Assembly: GCA_963833425.1 (NCBI GenBank)
Contig: CAWHXP010000002.1
Location: forward strand, 192,001-256,000
Direction of reading: 5' to 3'
Source: an uncultured Methanosarcinaceae archaeon
GTDB taxonomy: Archaea; Halobacteriota; Methanosarcinia; Methanosarcinales; Methanosarcinaceae
DNA: 64,000 nt
Below, piece by piece: positions 22,232-33,981 of the stretch. The position numbers and the translations under genes are program-made. Numbering within the stretch: position 1 is the first letter of the stretch; every line of letters begins with the position of its first letter. A model generated the notes under the pieces. It was given only the letters and a program-made list of their open reading frames with translations, searched no databases and had not been told where the DNA came from.

Positions 22232-22930
22232 ATGGCGGAAAGAAATATATCAACTGACTCCGTGGAAAAACGTGCAGCTGGCACTGCAGCATCGCTAGTA
22301 GTGGAATCAGGAATGGTAGTGGGACTCGGGACAGGCTCAACAGTTGCGAATACTATAAGAGAACTCGGCAGACGGATATGTGAAGATGGACTCGAGATCC
22401 TTGGTGTTGTTACATCTTACCAGTCTGAAATGCTTGCAATAGAAGCTGGTATCCCTTTGACTACACTTGCCCAGCATCCGGCAGTGGATCTTGCTATTGA
22501 TGGAGCTGACCAGATTGATTCAAATCTTTACGCGATCAAAGGTCAAGGAGCAGCTCATACAAGGGAAAAAATAGTCTCACTTTCAGCGAAACGTTTTCTG
22601 ATCGTAGCTGACGAATCAAAAATAAGTTTGCATCTTAATAAGGAAGTGCCAGTAGAAGTCCTGCCCTTTGCAAAAGAACTTGTGATGAGAAATATATTTG
22701 ACATGGGGGGAAAGCCAGAGCTGAGACTTGCTTTGAGAAAAGATGGGCCTGTGATAACCGATAATGGGAACTTAGTAATCGATTCTAGATTTGGTATAAT
22801 ATATAATCCTGAAAGGCTTTCTCTTCAACTATCTTTAATTCCTGGAGTTGTGGAGCATGGAATTTTTTCCAATGTAAATGAGCTTTATATAGGGAAAAAA
22901 GATGGATCAGTGGAAATAGTCAGGAAATAA
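22232..22930 (+). CDS. rpiA: Ribose-5-phosphate isomerase A
   Basis: [39 protein letters not shown]. Confidence 0.96.
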   Translation: MAERNISTDSVEKRAAGTAASLVVESGMVVGLGTGSTVANTIRELGRRICEDGLEILGVVTSYQSEMLAIEAGIPLTTLAQHPAVDLAIDGADQIDSNLYAIKGQGAAHTREKIVSLSAKRFLIVADESKISLHLNKEVPVEVLPFAKELVMRNIFDMGGKPELRLALRKDGPVITDNGNLVIDSRFGIIYNPERLSLQLSLIPGVVEHGIFSNVNELYIGKKDGSVEIVRK

Positions 22931-23274
22931 TGGATACAACTCTTGGATGAGTAAAGCATAATCACGGGCTATCAAACTGTTCTATAGTTCTTGAGACGAA
23001 AAACTTATAGGAAGAATAAAATCGCAAAGGAATGCTTTTTGTTATCTTTCAGAATACGCTGAGGAAACATATTTTTATACTTAAGGATTGGTATTTGTAA
23101 TAGGTATGTTTTTATAGAAGTATTATCAGTAATTCCTGAGCAAATACTGCTTTGTATCAAGCAATCATTAAATCACTTTTTCATGTTGATCTACTGCTAA
23201 ATTGACCACAATTTAGAACAACTGCAAATTAAGTTCTTTAATAAAACACTATATTTTAAGGAGGTTTTTTCTAG

Positions 23275-24918
23275 ATGGAAAAAGGTGCTCAACCAATCAT
23301 AATAATAGATCCCAGAAAAGAGCAGACTAAGGGAAAAGAAGCGCTTAGTATGAATATTGCGGCTGCAAAGGCAGTTGCAAAAATAGTCCAAAGTACGCTC
23401 GGGCCGGCTGGTATGGATAAAATGCTTGTCAACCCTATTGGAGATATAACAATCACAAACGATGGTGCTACTATTTTGCATGAGATGTCCATCGAGCATC
23501 CGGCAGCCAAGATGGTGGTTGAAGTTGCTCAGTCACTTGAAAGTTCAGCAGGTGACGGAACTACAAGTGCTGTTGTATTCACCGGTTCCTTGCTGGAAAA
23601 AGCAGAAGCCCTTATTGACAATGGGGTTCATCCGATAATTGTTGTCAAAGGATATAATCTCGCAGCTGATAAGGCCATTGAGATTTTAGAGAATCTAGCG
23701 ATCTCAGTTGGTGAAGGTGAAAAGAAGATGCTGGTAAAGGTCGCTAGAACCTCCATTACAGGTAAGGCTTCCGAAAAATACAATACATTGATTGCGAATC
23801 TCTGCGTAGATGCAGTTCTTGCAGTACACGAGAAAGGAAAAGCCGACCTTAAACGCATTATTCTTACGAAAGATATAGGTCATACCATTGATGAGACGGA
23901 ATTTGTGGAAGGTATTGTAATTGATAAAGTTGCTCTGGAAAAAGATTTCCCTCTCAAAATCCAGAATCCAAATATCGCACTCATAGATGCCCCAATGGAG
24001 ATCGGCAAAACTGCAAACAAAGCAAAACTTCAGATCAACACGGTAGTGGATTTTGAGAATTTCATAATACAAGAGAATGCAGCTCTTTTAGAGATGGCAG
24101 ATTATATCATTAGGGCAGGTGCAAATGCTGTTTTCTGCTCAAAAGGTATGGATGATAAAATTGCAGCCTACTTGCAAAACAGGGGAATTTATGCCACTCG
24201 CAGGGTCAAGGGTGAGGATATGCAACACCTTGCTGACGCAACAAATGGAAAACTCATAAGAAATATCAAGGAACTTACAGAAAAAGACCTTGGGCATGCA
24301 GGACTCCTTGAACAGGATCGTGATGGAGACCAGGGTGAAACATATTTAAGAGATTGTAAGGGTGCTAAATCCGTGTCAATTGTCATCCGAGGCGAAACCG
24401 AACATGTTGTTGATAATGTGGAGCGTGCAATTGATGATGCACTCAAAGTAGTGAAATGTGTTGTGGAAGACGGAAAGGTTGTTCCAGGCGGCGGAGCTTC
24501 GGAAATAGAAGTCGCACTTAGGCTTCGATCATATGCTGCTAGCATAGGAGGACGTGAGCAGATGGCAATTTTGGCATTTGCAGGCGCACTTGAAGAAATT
24601 CCGAGGACGATTGCCAAAAATGCAGGCTTAGATGCAATAAACTCTATCGTGAACCTCAGGGCAAAGCACGTAGAAAACGAAAGAACAGGCTTAGACGTTC
24701 AAACAGGAATCGTGGAAGATATGTTTGAACGAGGTGTTGTTGATCCACTCAGAGTGAAGATAGAGTCCATCAAGGCCGGTTCCGAAGCTGCGGAGATGAT
24801 ACTCCATGTGGACGATGTTCTCAGTGCTAAGAGTTCGTCTATGCCTGATGTCAAACCAGAACATATGGCAAGTACTTATGATGGCATGTCAGCCCCTCAA
24901 CTTAACATGCGCAGGTAA
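23275..24918 (+). CDS. Thermosome (group II chaperonin) subunit, divergent paralog
   Basis: [45 protein letters not shown]. Confidence 0.95.
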   Translation: MEKGAQPIIIIDPRKEQTKGKEALSMNIAAAKAVAKIVQSTLGPAGMDKMLVNPIGDITITNDGATILHEMSIEHPAAKMVVEVAQSLESSAGDGTTSAVVFTGSLLEKAEALIDNGVHPIIVVKGYNLAADKAIEILENLAISVGEGEKKMLVKVARTSITGKASEKYNTLIANLCVDAVLAVHEKGKADLKRIILTKDIGHTIDETEFVEGIVIDKVALEKDFPLKIQNPNIALIDAPMEIGKTANKAKLQINTVVDFENFIIQENAALLEMADYIIRAGANAVFCSKGMDDKIAAYLQNRGIYATRRVKGEDMQHLADATNGKLIRNIKELTEKDLGHAGLLEQDRDGDQGETYLRDCKGAKSVSIVIRGETEHVVDNVERAIDDALKVVKCVVEDGKVVPGGGASEIEVALRLRSYAASIGGREQMAILAFAGALEEIPRTIAKNAGLDAINSIVNLRAKHVENERTGLDVQTGIVEDMFERGVVDPLRVKIESIKAGSEAAEMILHVDDVLSAKSSSMPDVKPEHMASTYDGMSAPQLNMRR

Positions 24919-25619
24919 GTCTTATTTTTCAGAATTAGGCTATAATAATCCTAGATACAATAAAAGCAGGAAATATGGAGGTTTATTCTAGAGTTTCTAC
25001 TTTATAATCGTTTTATTATTATTTTTTGATTAATATATTTAGCAACTATTTAACAAAACAATATCAATAACCCTATTATTTAAGATTAACGGACTGGATT
25101 TTCAATAGGCTGATTTTATTTAACTATAGGATATTGATAATATTTTTTATTTTTTCCATTTGGATATTTTTCTAACAAATTTTTTCCTGTACTCCTGAAT
25201 CTGTCCACACTTAATTTACTCACGCATTAGTCAATGGCATCATATACTTTGCAATTGGGAGCGATTCTTCGCTAATAGGGATCGTTGAACTTTCACTCGG
25301 GTGAATTCTTGTTTTTTTCATGCTGCTTCTAGCTTTCGCAGGGGTAATGTTTCTTATTACAAGGTGGAGGTTTAGAAAAGTTAGAGTCACAAAATTCACT
25401 TTTTTGGAAGTAAAAGAAAATATTCGTGAGGAGGAATTCTATGATATATACCCAAAAGAGCGTGATCAGAAAAAGAGATGTAGAGCTAGTATCAAAAGGA
25501 TGCGAGAAATGCCTAAAAATCGTGGTCGGAGTTCGCTTTTAGATCGAATTTTATGTAAAATAAAGTATTCCTTCGAGACTCTTCGTAATAGCTACGTTTA
25601 TCAATAAAAAGTTGCTCTC

Positions 25620-26567
25620 TCAATGATTATCGGAATTAGGTTCTTCAAAAAGGGCAGGATTCTTCTCTTTTAATGGTATGAGAAGTTCTTCGTCTAATTT
25701 TGTATCATAAAGTGTTTTCAATTTAGAGAGCTGATTAATTGTTAGATGGTGAGCTTCCTTAAAGTTCGCTCCTTGAAAGTTAGATTGTTCAAGGTTAGCT
25801 CCTTTGAGGTGAGCTTTTTCAAGATTAGCTCCTTGAAAGTTAGCCATTTGAAGTTCAGCTCCATATAGTTCAGCTCCTTTAAGATTAGCTACTTGGAGGT
25901 TAGCTCTTTGAAGATTAGCCCCTTCAAAATTAGCCTCTATAAGATCAGCTCCCTGAAGGTTAGCCCCTTCGAGTTTAGCATCTTGAAAATTGGCTCCTTG
26001 AAGGTTAGCCTTTTCAAAGTTAACTTTTTGAAGGTTAGCTCCTTGAAAGTTAACCTCAATAAGAAAAGCTCCTTCCAATTTAGCTCCTCTAAGTTTAGTT
26101 CCTTGAAGATTAGCCCCTTGAAAATTAGTCTCTTGAAGATCAGCTCCATAAAAATCAGCATCTTGAAGATTAGACTCTTGGAAGTTAGCTCCGTAAAGAT
26201 CAGCACCTTGAAGGTTGGCCCCTTCAAGTTTAGCCTCTTGAAAGTTAGCCAAATGAAGTTTAGCTGATTTTAAGTTAGCCTTTTCAAGGTTAGCTACTCG
26301 AAGATTAGCTTCTTCAAGGTTAGCTCCTTCAAGTATAGCTCCTTGGAGATCAGCACCTTCAAGTATAGCTTCTTGAAGATTAACTCCTTGGAGGTTAGCT
26401 TCTGTGAGATCAGCATAAAAAAGATTAGCTCCTCGAAGATTAGCTTCTTGAAGGTTAGCTCCTTTAAGTTTAGCTTTTGCAAAGTTAGCCTGTTCAAAAT
26501 TAGCTCCTTGGAAGTTAGTTCCTATATAATCAGCTCCTAAGAGGTTTTTTTTGTCTGGGTTATCCAT
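25620..26567 (-). CDS. Pentapeptide-repeat protein
   Basis: About 50 tandem A(N/D/K)(L/F)xx repeats; 15-bp periodicity visible in the DNA. Confidence 0.9.
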   Translation of the reverse strand: MDNPDKKNLLGADYIGTNFQGANFEQANFAKAKLKGANLQEANLRGANLFYADLTEANLQGVNLQEAILEGADLQGAILEGANLEEANLRVANLEKANLKSAKLHLANFQEAKLEGANLQGADLYGANFQESNLQDADFYGADLQETNFQGANLQGTKLRGAKLEGAFLIEVNFQGANLQKVNFEKANLQGANFQDAKLEGANLQGADLIEANFEGANLQRANLQVANLKGAELYGAELQMANFQGANLEKAHLKGANLEQSNFQGANFKEAHHLTINQLSKLKTLYDTKLDEELLIPLKEKNPALFEEPNSDNH

Positions 26568-27616
26568 ATACTTTAATTGGCTGGACCTTAAATAAACATT
26601 ACCGAGTTCGGAGATATTTCATATTCTTCAGGATTTATTTTCTCAAAATGTATATCCTATATAGTCTAGTTTTGTCTGGATAAAAAGATGGCAGCTACGT
26701 TTTGACGCAAAATATAGACTTTATATTGATTTTCTGCTGATTTTTCAGGCTAATTATAATATATCAGATAAAAATAGCTACCTTTCAATGTTCTGTAGCG
26801 ATCTATCTACTTAAATATCCCGATTATACTATACTCTAGAGTTGAGACTTAAAATAGGGTCCTAAGAATTATAGATGGAATAGGAGCTGAAATTTTTGGT
26901 GTATGATAAATGCGACGTAGGAGTTATGACTATTTAAATAGGCACGTCTGCCACCCCATCCTATTAATTATTTTAAAATATATTTAGTATTCAATATTAT
27001 ATGGATATATTATTTGACAATTAAGAAAAAATTCAAACATCATTTTGTCCCAAAAACTCTACTGGCTTTGAATACTCTCCTACCAGCTGTTCCAAGCAGT
27101 ATCATTAATTTCAACACATCAAATTCGTTCAAACATTCACACCCTTATATTATGGAATAGAACGTATGGAATTTTAGAATTGACAGAATGAGTATCTATT
27201 GTTCTAATTGTTACCTGTACTTAGGAACTGGCCGCAAAAATTTATATCGCAGTTCAACCGTTCAATCTATAAAATGAATGTTAAATTTGATTTTATTTTG
27301 AAGGCTATTTTTTTCAAGTTCAAATAGATGAAGAAATAAAAAAATCTTCAGCTAACGGATGTTTTGTACGAAAATTATCTCACTTATCTGTTTATTTTTT
27401 ATAGGCTCAATTAATTTTTGAAAGTAACTAAGTTAAGTTTTATTGAATAAAATTAACTGGCCAACAGTCAAACAACAGATAGCTGATCATATAATTTAAC
27501 AAATTTGGATTTACGCACTTAAACATTCATAGTGCATTTCCATGAAAAAAAGGTATGAATAGACAAACAAACACCGATAAGATTATGTTAATTTTAATAA
27601 AAGGAATGAATAATTA

Positions 27617-27845
27617 TTGAAAAATTCATTTGGTAAAATCAAAAAGGCATTAACTACTTTGTTAGCAGTTTTTTGTAACATCATTAACCATTGGAGCGGC
27701 AATTGAATGGAATTCTCGCGGCCATCACCATATTTGTCATAGCTGCAGCAGTTGTGGCAGCTTCATGGTCTCTAAAGTAACGGAATTCCCTGTCAAAATT
27801 GTAGCTGCAACAACGATACCACCTACGAAAGTTAATTGTTGCTAA
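27617..27845 (+). pseudogene. Small secreted His/Cys-rich peptide gene with a single frameshift in a T6 run (27669-27674)
   Basis: MKNSFGKIKKALTTLLAVF / VTSLTIGAAIEWNSRGHHHICHSCSSCGSFMVSKVTEFPVKIVAATTIPPTKVNCC*. Confidence 0.6.
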
Positions 27846-28159
27846 TTGTAAGTCAAATCGTGTGCTAAACTGTTTCGATGCATGAAAATACCAATTTACT
27901 TAGAGAAAATTATTGAGTATCCAATTATGCGAATAAGCTACTGTATACATTGCGTGGCGACGCCATAAGGCTGTTTTGATCATCCCCTGCTGGGATTCTA
28001 AAATCGGCAATTATAATATTTGAAAAAATTTTCAATCATTTGTATTTCTTTTCTCTCGATTTTTTAGTTATTCAGTAGCACCGAAAGTGGCTTCTAAGTT
28101 TAAGTTCATATTCATGAAGAAGAAGATTTGTGTATTATCGTTGCTTTGACTTTGTTTAA

Positions 28160-28423
28160 TCTAACTCATTTTCTTCAGCCCATTTTGCGATTAAGCAAAA
28201 CAAAGAAAACATTTCGATCAGCATATCCAAAAATGCTCCTTCAGCCATGCCTATATCCATAAGAGGTACTGCCTGCTTCACTTGGTTTTATCATCTATAT
28301 TGCAAATAACATCCGTGAAGCCGTCGAGAGTCAGCCAATTCTCCTTTTTAAGCTGATGGACGGTATCATTCATATCATTTGCACCATTTTCACTTTGAAT
28401 GCAGAAATGATTAACTCACTCAT
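28160..28423 (-). pseudogene. DUF1269-like membrane protein remnant
   Basis: Broken frames give MSELIISAF...QLKKENWLTLDGFTDVI..DDKTK/VKQAVPLMDIGMAEGAFLDMLI, resembling the DUF1269 N-terminus. Confidence 0.45.
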
Positions 28424-28835
28424 TTTCTGAAGATCTCTTTTTGACTTCTGGTCCATGTAAAAAACGCTATTAATGTCTCGCTATTTTTCAAGGTTGAAAT
28501 ATTTTATGTAAACATAATTTTTATTTTGAAATAATTTTTCACATAATTAATTAAAAATAACTAAGTAGATTATCTTATATTTAAATGAAAATTAATCGGT
28601 TAAAAAGTGAGGAATAATAAGTAGATACGTAAATACAAATTACCTTGAAGGAGTTGATGCTGTTATAATTCAAATAATAATAGGGTGACAACAGAAAAGA
28701 AAAACAATTTCAGATTTTTACTGAAACTTATCCATTAAAGAAGTCTCGTAAAGAGAACATAGTTTTTATGGCTTGAAGTTATGGAGTTACTTTCTAAATT
28801 AAATCAACATAAGCTCTATAAGATACGGTTTACTT

Positions 28836-29960
28836 ATGGATAAAAAGGTTGAAATTTTGCTTTTTGAGGATGATCCTTGAGACACAAGTCTGATTGAAGA
28901 GATGCTTGAAGAATTCGCTGACTTCCCATATGAACTAATAAACGTTAAAACATTAAACGAAGGTTTGAGTCTTCTCAAAGAACTCCTATTTGATATAATA
29001 TTGGCCGATTTATGCTTGCAGGATAGTGATGATATCGACACTTTTCTTTATATTCATGCAGAGAATTCAAGAATTCCAATAATAATTTTTACCGCGTCTA
29101 ATGAAGAAAAAATTGGAATTTATGCTATAAAAAGGGGTACTCAGGATTATTTAGCCAAAGGACAAGTAGACGGTAGATTATTGAAACGTTCTATCCAATA
29201 TTCTATTGAACGCAAAAAGATCGAAGAAGTACTCACAAATATTGAAATTGCTCGTAAAAAGGAAATTCTTCATAGGATTAAAGAATAACTTACAGGTGAT
29301 ATCTTCACTTCTTGACCTTCAAGCTGATAAATTCAAAAGCAAAATGGAAGTGACGAGTTCAGAAGTCTTAGATGCTTTCAGGGAAAGTCGGGATAGGGTA
29401 ATATCGATGGCTTTAATTCATGAAGATTTATACAAAGGAAAAAATATAGGAAATCTAGATTTTTCATCATACCTTGATAAGCTCACTCAAAATTTATTCA
29501 AGACTTATGAATTTATGAAAGCCAATATAAGCTTAAGCATGGATATCGAAAATAATCTTCTCTTTGATATTGATACTGCAATTCCATTGGGAATGATTGT
29601 TAATGAACTTATTTCTAACTCCCTTAAACACGCATTTTCAGTAGGGATAAAGGAAAAATTCAAATCAAGTTTTGCCGTGAAAAAAAATTGGAATGTATAA
29701 TCCGCTTAGAAGAGAATAAAAATGAAAATTGTAATAGCACCCGCTTCAGTCTGACAGTTTCAGATGATGGAATAGGTATACCTAAAAACCTTGAGATTGA
29801 AGATATTGAAAATCTAGGGTTGCAGCTGGTAACTTTCCTTATACATCAATTAGATGGGGAACTTGAGCTTAAAATGAACAATGGGACCGAATTTAATATG
29901 AGATTCACATTAATAGATAAACTCAAGCATGAACTAATTAGTACTTATGCGGTAAATTGA
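28836..29960 (+). pseudogene. Receiver-domain plus HisKA_2-type histidine kinase, inactivated
   Basis: MDKKVEILLFEDDP* (TGA 28878); receiver DIILADL, IPIIIFT, QDYLAK; frameshift at HRIK/NNLQVISSLL; GMIVNELISNSLKHAF; further shift before VSDDGIG...LGLQLV...GTEF. Confidence 0.88.
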
Positions 29961-30049
29961 AAAATCAATTGCACTACACCTAAATTGTTTTAAAAAATTT
30001 GACCATGACGCTTATTGCGTTTTATTTTATGCATCAAATACATACGGCC
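29941..30049. mobile_element. MITE-like repeat family A, copy 3, overlapping the kinase 3' end
   Basis: GTACTTATGCGGTAAATTGAAAAATCAA...CATCAAATACATACGGCC, similar to 33517-33627. Confidence 0.55.
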
Positions 30050-30665
30050 TCCTATAAGATATATAATTTTTTTGTATCAAAATCTATGTGTTTTCTCATT
30101 TTTCAGCCGAAATCGCAAGGGAATTTTTATTTGAATTTGGGATAAATAAACCGATTTTATGAAATTCACTGTATTAAACTACAGAAAAGAAACAGCAATA
30201 AGTGGCTGATGGGATTAAAAAAGCATTGATAGATTATCAGAACTAGTATGACCAAATTATGGAATTGGATAGCATAGGTTATAAAAGTGCAGCTGCTATG
30301 TTGAAAGCTTCCATTATGATATAATGAATTATATGCAGTTTCCCGAGAATCACTGGGAAAAAAGAATAACAATATATATTCCATGAAAAACAGCCAAAAA
30401 TTGAAGTTAATTAAAATCCTTAAAAAATCAATGATGTGGAAAAGCTGATCAGGCTAAAGAAAAAAGTTATAACTGACATTCTAAAGTCCAAAAAATAATC
30501 AAATAAAGTCTTTAAGTTATACAGTTTTAAATTTATTACGTTAAAATAAGTATCAACCAACTAATATTTGGTAGGTTGAACAGTTACCAAAAACAAAGTC
30601 CATTACAATTTTTAATTTTAACTATAACGGAGTGAAACGAAATGTTGAAACATTAATCGAGTCGA

Positions 30666-30827
30666 ATGAAAACGATAATGGTTAACTTCTGGCAGTCTTT
30701 TTTAGTTTATTTGGCAGCAGAAGCAGCGAGTTCAAGAGGCGGTTATTATGGCTGCGGGATCTACCATGGCTGGATTAAAAGGTATATAAGTCTGCCCTCA
30801 AAAGAACATATTGGTACTCATATATAA
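30666..30827 (+). CDS. 53-aa member of the secreted peptide family, with a partly frame-scrambled signal peptide (may be a pseudogene)
   Basis: MKTIMVNFWQSFLVYLAAEAASSRGGYYGCGIYHGWIKR...; the DNA CTGGCAGTCTTT encodes LAVF in the alternate frame as in the other members; upstream MLKH* resembles MLKQ of the 60784 gene. Confidence 0.45.
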   Translation: MKTIMVNFWQSFLVYLAAEAASSRGGYYGCGIYHGWIKRYISLPSKEHIGTHI

Positions 30828-31072
30828 TATGGAAATATGCCACACTGTGACAGCATTGCAGTGAAAATAAAAACTACAAAAATAAAATCTGTATGAAATA
30901 TTTGTTGAAATCGGAGGTTCATTGAAATTTTCGCAGTCTGTATCCTGATGAGAAGTTCTGATTTTTATACTAAAAATGATTAAATCCTGTTAGGCAAGAA
31001 TTGAAATCCTGTTTTTCTGGGATAAAAGATGAAAAGGAATTGCCCATCATATTCTTCTACTCTGTGATAAAT

Positions 31073-32119
31073 TTAAAATTTATGTATGTACGTATTAACT
31101 CCGTATCTCTCAAATGTTGAGGTTTCAAGAATCCGTTGCTTTATGTAATATAACGAACTCAGAAGGCTATCACTAGTTTCAGATTCTATCTCTCCTGCGT
31201 AGGGGTGAATATTTTCTTCAAGAGTTTTTAAAAATCTTGGATTCAGATCATTTATAAAGTATGTATTCAGAATCAGGAGGTTTGAGATCTGCTCGTAGAA
31301 ACTTACAAGTTCTCGAAGCCAGTCTATGACTATATAATTTGCTGCATGTATCTGCTTATTGAGAAACATAAGGTAATCAAAAATAGTATTTAGGAGATCC
31401 TCTGTTAGTCTGTTATCTGGAAATTTAATCGGAAAACGTCCAAGGACTGTAGGATCTGTATAATCCGAGAAGATCATTTCAGACTTGCATAACGCAGGAA
31501 AAAGTCTGGCTATCGGGCTGTTAAGCAATGCAGTGACATACGGATACTTACTCGAGTCTTTGAGAACAATCCCACAGCCGTTTCTAAACACGTGATTTCC
31601 AACAGCATCGTATGTAGCCTGGAGATGATAACCACCAATTGCGATGATTTTAGGGACATAAAGGTACCCAAGGAGCTCTGTTTCTTTTATACTGTAGTCT
31701 GCGGAGTTTAAGGGTGAAGCATCATGAAGGAATTGATTTTTGAATTCTATAATCCTCCTGTAAGCTCGAGGGAAATTGGACTTTAATTTCTCAGGAGGAA
31801 TAATTTTGTATTCGCTCTTTTTAATCCCATCGAACGGTTCATAAGGTAGCATAAAGCGGTAATTTGAAGGGCGAACCGCAAATTTTTCAGAAAATGCTCC
31901 TGATACATATGGATATATAATTCCAGGTTCTGAAAATACAGGTTTACATAGGCCTTCGCAAAGATAATATGATTCTGAAGTGCTTTCCTCAGGAAATAGA
32001 AGTCTATGCATCAGAATGTTTTTTGCACTTACGCCTTCAAAGATGCTTTTGGAGACATCTTCAAGTGTAACCGGAATTGTACAAATTTTTTCGATTATTT
32101 CTTTTTCTTTAAGTAACAT
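31073..32119 (-). CDS. Stand-alone protein resembling the TaqI-like C-terminal specificity (TRD) region of type IIG restriction-modification enzymes
   Basis: TLEDVSKSIFEGV, FMLPY, FPRAYRRI, PKII, ATYD..G, YVTALLNS, LGRFPI pattern; no methyltransferase motifs seen. Confidence 0.55.
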   Translation of the reverse strand: MLLKEKEIIEKICTIPVTLEDVSKSIFEGVSAKNILMHRLLFPEESTSESYYLCEGLCKPVFSEPGIIYPYVSGAFSEKFAVRPSNYRFMLPYEPFDGIKKSEYKIIPPEKLKSNFPRAYRRIIEFKNQFLHDASPLNSADYSIKETELLGYLYVPKIIAIGGYHLQATYDAVGNHVFRNGCGIVLKDSSKYPYVTALLNSPIARLFPALCKSEMIFSDYTDPTVLGRFPIKFPDNRLTEDLLNTIFDYLMFLNKQIHAANYIVIDWLRELVSFYEQISNLLILNTYFINDLNPRFLKTLEENIHPYAGEIESETSDSLLSSLYYIKQRILETSTFERYGVNTYIHKF

Positions 32120-33118
32120 CTAGTTTTCACTTCTGTAGAAGTATAGCATGGTGGTATCTTCTTTTGTGTTTTAAGGCTTATGCAGTTGGACTGAGGGATC
32201 AAGAACGTTGAGACTTCAACTAGTTAAAAATAGCTTAGGTTATAATGTTTAAAGCATTTGATTTTATATCATATCCAAAGTTTTATTTTTATTTTTGGGA
32301 ATTGATTCTGGGATTAAACATATCAAAGAATGGATATAGCAGGATTTCGGCATTTTAATCCCAGCTTTTGGACCTCTATTAAAAAACTATGAAAATGAGG
32401 TATTAAGTATATAGTATTTTATTATTTTATGTAATATACAGTAAAAGGTCATAGTATATTAATATATTCTAACTCGATATATATTATAATTATTTATCAT
32501 GATTAATTTTGTCTAATTATGTGTTTCGAGCTTGAAATTTGAGGGGCACAAGCTAAAGTTTTTGCAACATATCGTCGGAACAAATATAAGGGATATAAAA
32601 TAATATGTAATTCTTCGAATAAAATACCTAAATAAATGGAAGTGTGTCTTACCTGAATCTTTTTTGAGCATTTGCTATGTTGTTATTTTGGAAAAAAAAT
32701 TTGTCCTAATTTTTATTTTTAAAACAGCCTCAAAACGAATATGTGAATTGCCATCAAAAGCTCAAATGAAGTTTGATCATGGATGTTAAATAGGCCTTTT
32801 ATGAAATTTCACTGGCCAATTAATTGGTGATTAAAATTGGCAGAAATAGTAACCAATCAACATTTAGTAGATGCACACAAAAGATATCTGTAGGCGTTAT
32901 TATAATACAAAATGGGATCTGGTAGCTTCTTTAGAAGGAGTGAAATTTAGCGAAGTACTGGATTTAGCAGAAAATTCAACAAATTTCATTGAGAAACCTT
33001 CATCTATTGCGGCAAAAAGGATAATCAATACATTTATTGAATGAGTGTATAGTTCTCAATGACACTGAGAATTCACTTTATATTACGACTCCTACATAAA
33101 ATTAAAGAAAATCTATTA

Positions 33119-33186
33119 GAGCGGATCCGAAAAATTTTGTGACATACATTTGATAATGTTGCATCATTGATTTTTCGGATCGGCTC
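33119..33186. mobile_element. 68-bp MITE with 16-bp TIRs and TTA target duplication
   Basis: TTA|GAGCGGATCCGAAAAA...TTTTTCGGATCGGCTC|TTA (15/16 TIR match). Confidence 0.8.
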
Positions 33187-33255
33187 TTAACGGTTGCTGG
33201 TCTCTAACGAATGAATGTAGCAAAAATCAGCTTCAGTGAAGTATGAATATTTGCA

Positions 33256-33500
33256 GTGAAAAAACTATGGAATGTATAAACAGCAGAGGATAAAGCAAAA
33301 ATGATAATCTTAATAGTACCTTTCCGTTCTATCTGTTTCAGATGATTATTTAGATGAATATGAATGCTTTGAGATTGAAGATATTGAAATTCTAGGATTC
33401 CAGTTGGTAATTTCTCTATAGGCTAGTTAGATGCGAAGTTGAAATTCATAGGAACAATGAGACTTATTTATTCTGAAATTTACAGTAGCAGAAAAAAAGC
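33256..33500 (+). pseudogene. Decayed second copy of the histidine kinase HATPase 3' end
   Basis: Aligns with 29677-29930 (GGAATGTATAA, GTTTCAGATGAT, TTGAGATTGAAGATATTGAAA, CAAGCAT.AACTAATT). Confidence 0.75.
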
Positions 33501-33516
33501 AAGCATCAACTAATTT

Positions 33517-33627
33517 GGGCTCACGCAGTTGAACTTAAAATCAACCATGTTAAGTTGTAACTGTTTAAAAAAGAGTTTGTCCACAACGCCTGATGTAGTT
33601 GATTTTGTTCATCAAATGCGTAAGCTC
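33517..33627. mobile_element. MITE-like repeat family A, copy 4 (best preserved TIRs)
   Basis: GGGCTCACGCAGTTGA...TCAAATGCGTAAGCTC (13/16 inverted match). Confidence 0.7.
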
Positions 33628-33981
33628 TAATCAATAAATTTGTGATCAATCGTGTGAGTTCCCTTGATACATATTATCTATATTGCTATAGGAGGTATGT
33701 TACTACTTGGAAATGCAACTTATGGAACTGGAATCTAAGTTGGAAGTTCCTATATCGATATCAGAAAAGTGAAAATTGTTACCTTTTTTAATGATAGTAG
33801 ATCGGTCTCAACCCTAATGAATGCGATACTCAGAGTTCCGTAGCCTTATGAAACCTTTGGTGGATATGGACCTCTTAGTTAAGGATCTTAGGGGGAAAAT
33901 CTAAAAAGCTTATGGCTATAAAGCTTATGCTATGATAGCGTAAAGATCTCGAGAATATGCGGATCTCCATATATGAAGAAT

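Noticed and set aside
25320..25607. 95-aa ORF converging on the pentapeptide gene
   Set aside because: No RBS or motif recognised; possibly the tail of a decayed membrane-protein gene, but unsupported
25620..26567. Regular 15-bp repeats as a CRISPR array or satellite
   Set aside because: No unique spacers; periodicity is explained by pentapeptide coding; no CRISPR array or cas gene was seen in the window
28878..28880. In-frame TGA stops (also 11213, 14531) as selenocysteine
   Set aside because: Positions correspond to non-Cys residues, two of the three genes carry further lesions, and Methanosarcina is not known to use Sec
10876..32820. Recurring ACTGGCCAA motif (10876 inverted, 27456, 32811)
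   Set aside because: Too short and inconsistently placed to separate from chance
32837..33050. Coding-like remnant after a GGTGA RBS (also 33700-33880 and 57855-58040)
   Set aside because: Broken frames with no family I can recognise
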